The notes beneath the pieces were generated by a model that searched no databases, had not been told where the DNA came from, and saw nothing but the letters and a program-made list of their open reading frames with translations. A stretch of DNA of 64,000 bases from Octopus sinensis. Its lineage: Eukaryota. The stretch lies in NCBI RefSeq assembly GCF_006345805.1, contig NC_043007.1:26536001-26600000 (forward strand), written 5' to 3'. Made by a program: the position numbers and the translations under genes. Positions 52,570 through 64,000 of the stretch are shown in pieces (within the stretch, counting starts at the first letter, position 1; each line of letters opens with the position of its first letter).

Positions 52570-53120
52570 ATCATGATGCATATTTGCCATTTGAATATGG
52601 CTAACCCATAAGGGTGGATGCTACTGTAGTTTGTAGCCCCAGGAAGATATCTCCTCCAGCTGGCTATAGACACACTATCTGTGTCCTCTCAGTATTTGTG
52701 AAGGGGAGTCATCCTTCCCGTCTTCAACACATGATACACACGTACCCGAGTTTCAAGGTGTTTACCTTTCATCAGCGTGTGACAATCATGGTTGTCGATG
52801 AGAAGTCAGATCCCTTCACAAATACATATACTTTTTCCAGTGTCGATTTGACACTGATATTGAAAAAGTGAAATCAAACAATGATAAATCTCAGAGCGAG
52901 TTATAAACAGTAGCGGTAACACATCGTGATGCATATTTGCCATTTGAATATGGCTAACCCATAAGGGTGGATGCTACTGTAGTTTGTAGCCCCAGGAAGA
53001 TATCTCCTCCAGCTGGCTATAGACACACTATCTGTGTCCTCTCAGTATTTGTGAAGGGGAATCATCCTCCCCGTCTTCAACACATGATACACACGTACCC
53101 GAGTTTCAAGGTGTTTACCT
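52570..53120 (-). mobile_element. Retrozyme-like element: 1.56 tandem copies of a 353-bp HHR-containing unit, flanked by (TA)n
   Basis: 52570-52767 repeated at 52923-53120 (period 353, near identical); complete HHR at 52730-52790; truncated HHR at 53083-53120. Confidence 0.8.
52730..52790 (-). ncRNA. Type I hammerhead ribozyme
   Basis: CAUGAU-UGU-CACACG-CUGAUGA-AAGGU-AAAC-ACCUU-GAAA-CUCGG-GUA^CGUGUG-U-AUCAUG; 6+6 bp stem I, 5-bp stem II, self-complementary stem III; predicted cut between 52743 and 52742. Confidence 0.85.
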
Positions 53121-53137
53121 ATATTTATATATATAAT

Positions 53138-53188
<51 letters not shown>

Positions 53189-53191
53189 TAA

Positions 53192-53400
53192 TAATTAATC
53201 TAAACATGAAAACACAAAGAGAAACCACAACAACACGAGACGTGGAACAAATATAGTATTATTGGACGCTCAGGAAGGAAGGGAAGAAGGAGAGTTTAAC
53301 GTTTCGAGCGGAGCTTTCGTCAGAAACATAGGAAAAGGCAAGATCCAGAGAAGGGAAGAGGGAGGGAAAAAAATCGCCAACGGTACACACGCGGTCACAT
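53192..53400 (-). mobile_element. About 200-bp HHR-bearing short repeat
   Basis: Homologous to 49425-49610; (TA)n-rich on both sides. Confidence 0.8.
53294..53327 (-). ncRNA. Minimal type I HHR motif
   Basis: GUUU-CUGACGA-AAGC-UCC-GCUC-GAAAC-GUU^AAAC; 4-bp stem I, palindromic AACGUU stem III. Confidence 0.6.
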
Positions 53401-54042
53401 GTATGTATATATATACATTTATGTTTATAGATACATGTGTATAAATATATATATATATGGAAGCATACATGTGTGTGCGTGTATACGTAAGTGAGGCAAA
53501 TTTGACCTCGGGAAGGCAGCTTTTTTTTCCCCCAGTGCTCTTACTTTTCTGTCAGTTCGCTCAAGATAAATATTGATAATAATTATAATTATAATGAAAA
53601 AGAATAAATTTTAACTGGAGTGACATTTGAATATTACAACAGAAACATCATCAACGTCATCAACAACAACATTATGAATGAAACTGAGAAGAAAACGTCA
53701 AAAAATAAATATAAAATAAAATATCAAATCAATAGATCGACCAAAAATAAAGAGATTTCAGTAAATCGTCATCAAATTCAAGGTCAAGTAACAAGCAAAC
53801 ATGATGACATTTACCGTAACGATGGTTAAATAGGGATTTCAACATAGGTGAGAAATACAGGAGCAATTCGGAAGAAAGCGGTGGTGGCGATGGTGGTGGT
53901 AGTGCTGGTAGCATTAATAGTGTTGGTGGTGGTGGTGGTGTTGATGATGGTGATCTGGGGTAGTGGTGTGAATACTTCTTATGGTGGTGATGGCACTGAT
54001 GTTGGTGTTGGTGGTGGTGGTTGTGGCGAAGGTGATGGTTGT

Positions 54043-54603
54043 GGTGGTAGTGCTGGTGGTTTTGATTGTAGTTGTGGTGGTAGTGCTGGTGATTTTGATT
54101 GTAGTTGTGGTGGTAGTGCTGGTGGTTTTGATTGTAGTTGTGGTGGTAGTGCTGGTGATTTTGATTGTAGTTGTGGTGGTAGTGCTGGTGGTTTTGATTG
54201 TAGTTGTTGTGGTAGTGCTGGTGGTTTTGATTGTTGTTGTGGTGGTAGTGCTGGTGGTTTTGATTGTAGTTGTGGTGGTAGTGCTGGTGGTTTTGATTGT
54301 AGTTTTGGTGGTAGTGCTGGTGGTTTTTATTGTAGTTGTTGTGGTAGTGCTGGTGGTTTTGATTGTAGTTGTGGTGGTAGTGCTGGTGATTTTGATTGTA
54401 GTTGTGGTGGTAGTGCTGGTGGTTTTGATTGTAGTTGTTGTGGTAGTGCTGGTGGTTTTGATTGTTGTTGTGGTGGTAGTGCTGGTGGTTTTGATTGTAG
54501 TTGTGGTGGTAGTGCTGGTGGTTTTGATTGTAGTTGTGGTGGTAGTGCTGGTGGTTTTGATTGTAGTTGTGGTGGTAGTGCTGGTGGTTTTGATTGTAGT
54601 TGT
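54043..54603 (+). repeat. 33-bp minisatellite, about 17 units
   Basis: Same unit as 52455; reads GGSAGGFDCSC (+) or PPQLQSKPPAL (-). Confidence 0.95.
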
Positions 54604-55949
54604 GATGGTTGTGATGGAGGTGGTTGAGGAGAAATTAGTTGGTATTGGTGCTGCTGATTTTGATGGTAGTAGAAGAGGTAGTAGTGTTTGTGGTTGTGTT
54701 GGAGGGGGTACGGTGGAGATGATTGTTGTTGAGAAGGAGTTGTTGGTAGTGATTTTTCTGGCGTCGTTAAGGTAACGATGGAGGATTTCATTAATGCTGA
54801 TGGTGATGATAATGGTGGAGGTATTCGGCAGCGTGATGGAGGTGGTTGTGGTGGGGATGATGCTAGTGACGTCAGCGATGGCGTCAGTGTAGAAAATTAG
54901 GATGGTATTGATGATGACGAGGACACGACGGTGACCATGATGGTGATGATGATGATGATGATGATGCGGAGGAGGAGGAGGAAGAAGGGGAAAACGATGA
55001 GACGATGGCGCTGCTGAGGATGGTGAGGATGATGATGAGGAGGAGAGGAGGAGAAAGAGGAAGGCGATGAGACGACGACGACGCTAATGACGATGAGGAA
55101 GAGGAAGGGTAAGACAACGAGACGACGACGCTGATGTTGATGGTGATGATGATGATGGTGGTGATGAGGAGGAGAGGGAAGAGTCTGGATTAGGAGGAGG
55201 TGAATGAAGAGGTGGAGGAGGGCTGTAGGATGGGGAGAAGGTGAAGGAGGAGGTAGGAGGGGAGAAGGGGAAGAGGAGGAGGGGCAGGAGCAGGAATATG
55301 CTGATGGTAACGAAGATAATGATGATGATGTTGATGATTATTATGATCGACCTATTCCTTTAAGGGCGGTGCCCCAGCATAGCCGCAGTTGTATAACTGA
55401 AACAATTAAAAGTAGAGATTAAAAAAACAAAAATGGAAAACTCCAACAACAACGATGACGACCACATTCACAATGACAACAACAACAATGGCAACAATAA
55501 CAGCAACATGAGCAACAATTATGAAAACTATGAATAACTAATTGCAACAGCAATAGAGATACTTCGATGGTGACAAAATGGTGACAATAAGATTTGTACT
55601 AATTAACTTGGGTGATTTGGGTATGATGGTTAGGTGGACAGAGAGGGGTAGGAAACAGTGGTTGCTGCAGCTGTGGAGGGGAGGGGGAGCAGGAGGGGGA
55701 GGAGGAAAAAGATAACGATAATGATGGTGGTGGTTTTGGTGGTGGTGTTAGTGGTGGTGATGATGGTGACGTTGAAGAAACAAGAAGAGGAAGAAAAAGA
55801 AACAAGAACAAACAGAAGGGTAAGAGAAAGAAGAAGAAGAAGAAGAAGAAGAAGAAGAAGAAGAAGAAGAAGAAGAAGAAGGAAAGATGGAAGGAAGGAA
55901 CAATGGAGGGAAGGAAACAAGGAAGGAATCAAGGAAGGAAGGAAGGAAG

Positions 55950-56056
55950 GAGCACTGTCTTTAGTCAAGCAAATCGACCCCAGGACTTATTCTTTGTAAA
56001 CCTAGTACTTATTCTATCTATCGGTTCTTTTGCCGAACCGCTAGGTTACGGGGCCG
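55950..56056 (-). mobile_element. SINE family 4 fragment cut by an assembly gap
   Basis: GCAAATCGACCCCAGGACTTATTCTTTGTAA..TTTTGCCGAACCGCTA. Confidence 0.8.
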
Positions 56057-56156
56057 NNNNNNNNNNNNNNNNNNNNNNNNNNNNNNNNNNNNNNNNNNNN
56101 NNNNNNNNNNNNNNNNNNNNNNNNNNNNNNNNNNNNNNNNNNNNNNNNNNNNNNNN
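56057..56156. other. Assembly gap (100 N)
   Basis: Run of N. Confidence 1.
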
Positions 56157-56879
56157 TTGTGTTTTTGGGAAGGTCATTTTCTTTTTGTGCCTTATAATTT
56201 TACTCACTTATTCCACTTATTCCTTATTTTTATTTTCCTAAAATTTTCGTTGCGTCTTGCAACCTTTTCAATATTCTTCACTCTGTTCGTTATTTACACT
56301 GCGTTCCTTTTTGTTTGTTTGTGCGCATGTGTGTGGGTCAGTTGTGTGCGTGCCTATGCATGCATGCATGTATGTATGCAAGTGTGTGTATGTATATGTA
56401 TATATGTATGTATATGTGTGCATCTGTATGCTTGTATTCTGCATATTCATGTGCTTGCATGTCCATGTTTCTGTATTTTTTATGTATGTGTGTGTGTGAG
56501 CGTGTGTTTGTATATGTATGCACCTCTGTCTCCTTCGCTGAGCATATCTGTGTGTCTGTTTTTGAACTATGTACCATGTTTGTATATGTGGGTGTGCATC
56601 TCCATGTGTGGACACGTGTCTCCATATGTGTCTTTGTGTGAAGTAAAGTGTGTGTGTATATAAGGTCATGTGTTTCAGCTTCCATTTATTTTATTATCCT
56701 ATAAAACCTCTAATACTGAAGTTTACGTCTAATACCGAAGTTTACCTACCTGTAAAAGTAGGTAGGTATATGAAAGCACTTAATCAAACATTCCCATTGC
56801 GTTTTTGTAGCATTGTTCGTTTAAGCTCTTACCGTTTTGTTTCCTCTTTCAAGTAATTATTGACTCCTACAATAGGCAT

Positions 56880-57055
56880 ATGGTAGTGAGCTGACAAAAT
56901 CGTTGGCGCGCCGGGCGAAATGCTTAGCGATATTTCGTCCGTCTTTACGGTCTGAGTTCAAATTCCGCAAAGATCAATTTTGTCTTTCATCCTTTCGGGG
57001 TCGATAAGATACGTACTAGTTAAGCACTGGGGTCAATGAAATCAACTTAACTGCT
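56880..57055 (+). mobile_element. SINE family 1, tail missing
   Basis: GCGCCGGGCGAAATGCTTAGC..TTTCATCCTTTCGGGGTCGATA. Confidence 0.8.
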
Positions 57056-57121
57056 TCTGGGTAGGAATATTAAAAAAATACATGCCTCAGCCAAGCCATA
57101 TGAAGCCAGTGTGGCAGAGAG

Positions 57122-57414
57122 TGGAGGCACATGGTCTATTGGTTAGAGCAGCAGACTCGCGGTCGAGGGATCGCGGGATTGAATCTCATACCGGGCAATG
57201 TGTGTGTTTATGAGCGAAACACCTAAGCTGCACGCGGCTCCAGCAGAAGGTAATGGCGAACTTCTGCTGACTCTTTCTCCACAGCTTTCCTCCTGGGTAT
57301 TGCAGCTCACCTGCGACGGACCGGCGTCCCGTCCAGGTGGGGAACCTATACGCCAAGGAAACCGGGAAACCGGCCCTATGAGCCAGGCATGGCTTGAGAA
57401 GGAACAAACAACAA
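57122..57414 (+). mobile_element. tRNA-derived SINE, head/core H3 with tail T2
   Basis: Core shared with 11553-11942; tail shared with 10256-10494. Confidence 0.85.
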
Positions 57415-57439
57415 TGTGGTAGAGTGGGCTCATCATACC

Positions 57440-57743
57440 TATTTCTTTACTGAAAGGCAAAGTCGACCTCGGCGGAATTTGAACTCAGAACGTAACAGCA
57501 GATGAAATACCTATTTCTTTACTACCCACAAGGAGCTAAACACAGAAGGGACAAACAAGGACAGACAAATGGATTAAGTCGATTACATCGACTCCAGTGC
57601 CTAACTGGTACTTAATTTATCGACTCCGAAAGGACGAAAGGCAAGCCGACATCGGCAGAATTTGAACTCAGAACATAGCGGCAGACGAAATACCGCTAAG
57701 CATTTCGCCCGATGTGCTAACGATTCTGCCAGCTCGCCGTCTT
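57440..57743 (-). mobile_element. SINE family 1 dimer (full copy plus deleted body) with a perfect 15-bp TSD
   Basis: TGGGCTCATCATACC at 57425-57439 and 57744-57758; internal junction AAAGAAATA|GGTATTT. Confidence 0.92.
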
Positions 57744-58559
57744 TGGGCTCATCATACCATTATGATCTCAAGCTCAAATTCATGGCTTCCTCATCGGGTG
57801 ATGGTTGGTGGAGAGAACGTGCTACGGACCCCATACTACATAGGGAATATGTACTACAATCCAATATAGGTACAAAGCCTTGTATTTTTAAGTACTGGAA
57901 AAATACAGGGTTTAATGAACAAAAAAAAAAAAATAATAATAATCAGTTCCTCAATGGTATTTATTTTGTCGAAGAAAGGATACATGAAAGGCAACATAGA
58001 TATCGGCAAGGTTTCAACCGAGAATGTAAAAGCACTTAACACAGAATCTGAGGAGACAAAACAAAAGACGGATGGCATTTTTTCTCTGGCGTTCCACTAA
58101 TTTTCTCATCCTCTTATCCACTGACCTTCAAACTAAACAACGCAAATAAATGATCAACGCATGTAATTACCTAACCTGGCTGATGTTGTTTTTGTTGTTG
58201 TTGTTGTTGTTGTTGTTGTCGTAGTTGTTGTAGTTGCTGTTGATGATGCAGTTGTTCTTGGAGCTGTAATTTCTTGCTGTTGTTGTTGTTGTTTTTTCTT
58301 GTTTATGCTATCTGCGGTTGCCAAAAATTATATTAATCCTTTGTACCAGAACAATATTTTGTCTAGTCTGAGTATTTTCTGCTGTCTTTGATGGCTTCCT
58401 AATTACACACGAGACAGATTATATTATAGAGCCGGTAGGGTTCTTAGTAAACGCTCACATATACACACACATGTCTACAAACACACTTACATATACATAT
58501 GTCCTAATCACAATGTATTTCTATGTGCGAGTGGGAGTGGGTGCTTGTGTGTGTGTCTA

Positions 58560-58720
58560 TGTGTGTGTGGTAAGAAGCCCATGTCATTATCACATGGTTC
58601 CGGGTTCTGTCTCACTGCGTGGCACCTTGAGCAAGTGCCTTCTACTATAGCCTCGGGCCGGCCAGAGCCCTGTGATTGGATTTGGTAGACGGAAACTAAA
58701 AGAGGCCTATCATATATATG
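58560..58720 (+). mobile_element. SINE family 4, 5' half
   Basis: CACATGGTTCCGGGTTC..CACTGCGTGGCACCTTGAGCAAG..GGATTTGGTAGACGGAAAC. Confidence 0.85.
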
Positions 58721-58751
58721 TATTACACACACACACACACACACACACCAA

Positions 58752-58797
<46 letters not shown>

Positions 58798-58859
58798 GTT
58801 GGTGGTGTATACCTTCTCACAACTTAGCGGCTCGACAGATGACACCAATGGAACTAGTA

Positions 58860-58958
<99 letters not shown>

Positions 58959-59039
58959 ATATATATATATATATATATACATATATATTTATACACACAG
59001 ACATATACGTGTGTATATATATTTGCATATACGCATTTA

Positions 59040-59074
<35 letters not shown>

Positions 59075-59162
59075 TAAGAGGGGAATATGTTGAACAAAAT
59101 CATAATTAACAGATCCTCCTGTATTTTCTTTTACCCAAAGCCAGTAATTTTCAGTAGCCCCC

Positions 59163-59212
<50 letters not shown>

Positions 59213-59214
<2 letters not shown>

Positions 59215-59608
59215 TGTTTCTTGTTTCAGTCATTTCCTGCACCCATGCTGGATGAAGCACTGTTTTAAAGGGTGTTAGTCGAAGAAATCTACCCCAGGAC
59301 ATATTCTTTGTAAGCCTAGTACTGATTCTATCAGTTTCTTTTGACAAACTGCTATGTATGAAGACGTAAGCACACTAACATCGGTCGCCAGGCGATTGTA
59401 CAGAGTAAAACACAGACACAAAGACACACACGCACATAAATGTATACATATACATACGACGGGCTTCTTTCAGTTTCCGTCAACCAAATCCGCTCAAAAT
59501 GTTTTGGTCAGCCCGAGCCTATAAAAGACACTTGCTTAAGGCGTCACGCAGCTGGACTCAATCCCGATCCGTGTGGTCGGAAGCAAGCTACTTACCACAC
59601 AGCTATAC
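59213..59608 (-). mobile_element. SINE family 4, full length, diverged
   Basis: TTTCAGTCATT..GCTTCTTTCAGTTTCCGTC..AAGCTACTTACCACACAGC. Confidence 0.85.
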
Positions 59609-60090
59609 ATTTTGGATGAAAGTGGTAATATTGATATTCTTCAAACCCAATAATGCTTTCATGTTAGTTTTTCTGTATCAGAGTTGATTTTATCGAACTG
59701 TACAACACACACCAAATCAACTGTGACACAGCAGACAGCATAAAAGCGTTGCACGAACTGAGATTTGATTATATGATCGCTTTCAGCTAACATCGATTTT
59801 TTTTTTGTATTGTCGTGACTTTGTTATATATGTATATATAAAACAAAATGGCTCAATTGAGAGGAAAGAATTATTTATGGGTAATACTGATAATACTTTA
59901 ACCTAAACATGCAAATTCAAAGCGAAAGAATATCATAGAAACGAGGAGATATTGTCTGTGTATGCCTTCGTCCGAATTATATTTCAAAAATTATGTAATG
60001 TTTATGTAAAAACTGGATTTCGTGCTAATAGTGAATTTTCAAAATTTTTACATATTCAGTTTCAAAGCTTGGAATCACAAAGGGATCGCT

Positions 60091-60115
60091 ACACACACAC
60101 ACACACACACACGCA

Positions 60116-60173
<58 letters not shown>

Positions 60174-60468
60174 TATGTATATTATATATATCAATATTAA
60201 AAGGGTAAAATCAATTAATTATTAATAATTTTACCAAGTAGTGTTCAGTATGTAAGAAGACCATTTACGGTATATTTAAAACATTACGTTATATAATTAC
60301 GGTTCAGTAAAATAATTTACTTTACCACACACTGAACTTTTAGAAATAGCAGCCAAAAAATCTTAGCTATTTCTTCTACTATAAGATTTTTGGGCTGCTA
60401 TTTCTAAAAGTTCAGTGTGTGTGTAAAGTAAATTATTTTACTGAACCCTAATTATATAACGTAATGTT

Positions 60469-60520
<52 letters not shown>

Positions 60521-60819
60521 GATTTATGTATATTATAAAGAAAGAGCAGGAAAAAGTACATCAAAAAATCACCACAGAAGATATACGTCCAAAATAAGAT
60601 TGTATGAATAGATAGACGTATAAATATATAAAGTATGATTATTTAAGAAGTTTAAAATATCATACGATCGTTTCATGAATGTATTATCCTTCGAAATGGA
60701 ATCTAAAATTGAAAATCCTTATGAAGCAATGCATCCACTTAAAATTAATTATACTTTATATATTTATATGTTTATGTATGTATACACACACCCACAACAC
60801 ACACACACACACAAACGCA

Positions 60820-60869
<50 letters not shown>

Positions 60870-61187
60870 TACACATATATATATGTATATATATATATCA
60901 ATATTAAAAGGGTAAAATCAATTAATTATTAATTAATTTACCAAGTAGTGTTCAGATGTAAGAAGACCATTTACGGTATATTTAAAAAACATTACGTTAT
61001 ATAATTACGGTTCAGTAAAATAATTTACTTTACCACACACTGAACTTTTAGAAATAGCAGCCCAAAAATCTTAGCTATTTCTCTCTATAAGATTTTTGGG
61101 CTGCTATTTCTAAAAGTTCAGTGTGTGGTAAGTAAATTATTTTACTGAACCCTAATTATATAACGTAAGGTTTATATATATATACAT

Positions 61188-61224
<37 letters not shown>

Positions 61225-61500
61225 GATTATGTATTATTATAAAGAAAAAAGAGCAGGAAAAAGTACATCAAAAAATCACCACAGAAGATATACGTCCAAA
61301 TAAGATTGTATGAATAGATAGACGTATAAATATATAAAGTATGATTATTTAAGAAGTTTAAAATATCATACGATCGTTTCATGAATGTATTATCCTTCGA
61401 AATGGAATCTAAAATTGAAAATCCTTATGAAGCAATGCATCCACCTTAAAATTAATTATACTTTATATATTTATATGTTTATGTATTATACACACAACAC
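60091..61500 (+). repeat. About 700-bp tandem duplication, each copy containing an about 190-bp hairpin
   Basis: 60091-60780 is near identical to 60781-61500 apart from microsatellite and homopolymer lengths; hairpins at 60279-60469 and 60987-61173. Confidence 0.9.
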
Positions 61501-61522
61501 ACCCACACACCACACATACATA

Positions 61523-61564
<42 letters not shown>

Positions 61565-61677
61565 TATTATATATATATATAGGTATATATATTCCTGCAC
61601 ATGTATATATCTCTCTGTCTCCTCTACTATCTCGGTATATATTATATATCTGTATATATATATATATTATATATCTG

Positions 61678-61719
<42 letters not shown>

Positions 61720-61868
61720 CACGGATAGGTAGATAGATAGAAAGATAGATAGATAGATATGCATGAGTGTATATGTAATCATACGCACGTGAATAAAATA
61801 ATATACAGCTTAAGGGCTTAAGGAAATTTGCATGACGATGCAAGTTTGATGAACGGTCAATAAATGTA

Positions 61869-61916
<48 letters not shown>

Positions 61917-61942
61917 TATGTATATACATACATATATATATG

Positions 61943-61990
<48 letters not shown>

Positions 61991-62289
61991 CATACACACA
62001 CAAAACTATGCTAATAGCTTGGAGTGAAATTTAGGATTTCTAGGTTTTTTCTGCGAATCGATTTTGATTAAATCTCTTCACAGCTTTTCTGCACACTGTG
62101 GCAACTCCATTGTTATGTTTTCATTATTCTGTTTAACGTCCTTTCTTTTTTATTGCAGATTCTTCAACTTTAGCGTGAACCACGCCAATAGCTTTTGAAT
62201 GAAAATAGCCCGTTTATCAGAAAATGAAGGGTAATGATTCATATTAAACATGCATTGAGTATATATTTAACAGAAAACCATAATAATAT

Positions 62290-62850
62290 TATAGTATTTA
62301 TTGCCGTAATGAATTATTTAGCTACATGAGCGCCATTTCGACGGATAGCTTTAAAAACCCTATTAGTCATGGAATCTGTCAATTTCTTAATAGTTGCAGA
62401 TTGGAATGCCCCCGCTGCAGCTTTGATGGTCGCTCTGAAGACATCTTTGGGCGTAAATTGGCGTCCATTGGCATAAGCATTTTGTTTAATGATAGACTAA
62501 AGATTTTCGAAAGGGCTAAGATCCAGTGATGCGAGCGGTCACAACATCAACCTTCCACTTTGCATACCGTAAGACTCTAAAAATATTTGAATGGTCCTAG
62601 CAGAGTGGGAGGGAGCAGAGTGAGAGTCATGCATGAATGCGAATTACCTTAGAAGTGACAGCAGTATGTCATCTAGCCAGGGATCCAAGAGCTCCTTCAG
62701 GAAATTGCGGTAAGCGGCTGTGGTCATTTTAACCTCTTAGGCACCCTTATTGGCCCAACAATATTCCTAGCTGTCACAGTCTTGAAGGTCCCTCAATCAG
62801 AACGTTTTTCCTTGGTTCTTATGTGGCTAAATAACTCGCTATGTGAACAA
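62290..62850 (-). mobile_element. Decayed Tc1-like transposase fragment (probably DD37E/TRT-like)
   Basis: Minus strand: IVGPIRVP..FMHD..APSHSARTIQIFL..GRLML*PLASLDLSPFENL..IIKQNAYANGRQF..KKLTDSMTNRVF; the spacing assignment is an inference. Confidence 0.75.
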
Positions 62851-63126
62851 ACGATCATGGTTTTCTGTTAAATATATACTCATTGTATGCTTAATATATA
62901 TATATATATATCATGACCTTTTATTTTCTGAAGAAAATAGTCGTTTATACTATGGAAAAGGTTGAAAAACACAATGAAAATTTTAGAAAAAGTAAATATC
63001 TAAATGACTGGAAAACGAACTGGTAAGTTTGTTAAATAATAAGCCACTAAAAGAGAATGACTCTCCCCAGACGCAATAAAACAGGCTTCAACACACATGA
63101 AGAATCTTGCAAACCAAATACAAGAG

Positions 63127-63161
<35 letters not shown>

Positions 63162-63174
63162 TTATATATATATA

Positions 63175-63265
<91 letters not shown>

Positions 63266-63272
63266 TATATAT

Positions 63273-63308
<36 letters not shown>

Positions 63309-63638
63309 CATAGCTATATATACATATTTATCTATATATATATGCATATACGAATTATATATGTATATATATATGTATGAATGTATCTATATCTATGTAT
63401 CTCGTTATTTCCCGCCGTCTCTCTGTATATATATTACACAATTATTACATACGTACATTCATACATGCATACCTATACATACACATACATACATATATAC
63501 ATACACACATACATAAGTACATGCATACATACATATGTATATACATATACAAACATATGCAAATACATCAGTAAAGTATAATTTTGTGAATATCTATTAC
63601 GCTTCTTGTCACAAGCTCTTTTGCTCTCGCTCTCTCTT

Positions 63639-63684
<46 letters not shown>

Positions 63685-64000
63685 CTCTCTCTCTCTCTCT
63701 CTCTTTACCCGTTCTCATCTATCAAGTACCGATATACGTATTTTGAGCATGCATACATTCACACGCATTTTTATATATGTTATATACATGTGTGTGTGTA
63801 TGGCCGTGCGTGTGTGTGTGTGTACCTGTGTGTGTATGAGCGTGCGTGTGTGTGTGTCTGTATACCTGTGTGTGTTTGTGTTTGTATCTGTATGCCTGTC
63901 TGTGTTTATGTGTGTGTGCAGGTTATATATTTTTATGTTCACACACACACACTCACAGATATATACGTATGTCTGTGTGTGTACATACATTCATACATAC

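Overview
This is AT-rich, repeat-saturated eukaryotic DNA. The SINE families and microsatellite style look like an octopus/coleoid cephalopod genome, which is inferred from recognition and not verified. No host protein-coding gene can be supported: nearly all listed ORFs are microsatellite read-throughs. The window holds more than 30 tRNA-derived SINE copies or fragments of at least four modular families. It also holds a 5'-truncated Tx1/L1-clade LINE, CR1 and RTE LINE fragments, a Penelope-like GIY-YIG fragment, four decayed Tc1/mariner elements of different lineages, two MITEs, a non-autonomous Helitron, about 7 kb of trinucleotide mosaic repeats and one 100-N gap. The best unexplained signal is a set of hammerhead ribozyme (HHR) motifs. 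The top one is a well-formed type I HHR inside a 353-bp, 1.56-copy tandem unit with many internal hairpins (52570-53120), the architecture of a non-LTR retrozyme/circular RNA. The second signal is a Tx1 LINE and a SINE that share a 3' tail, with many of their 3' junctions at GGTAT, a motif present inside the SINE itself.
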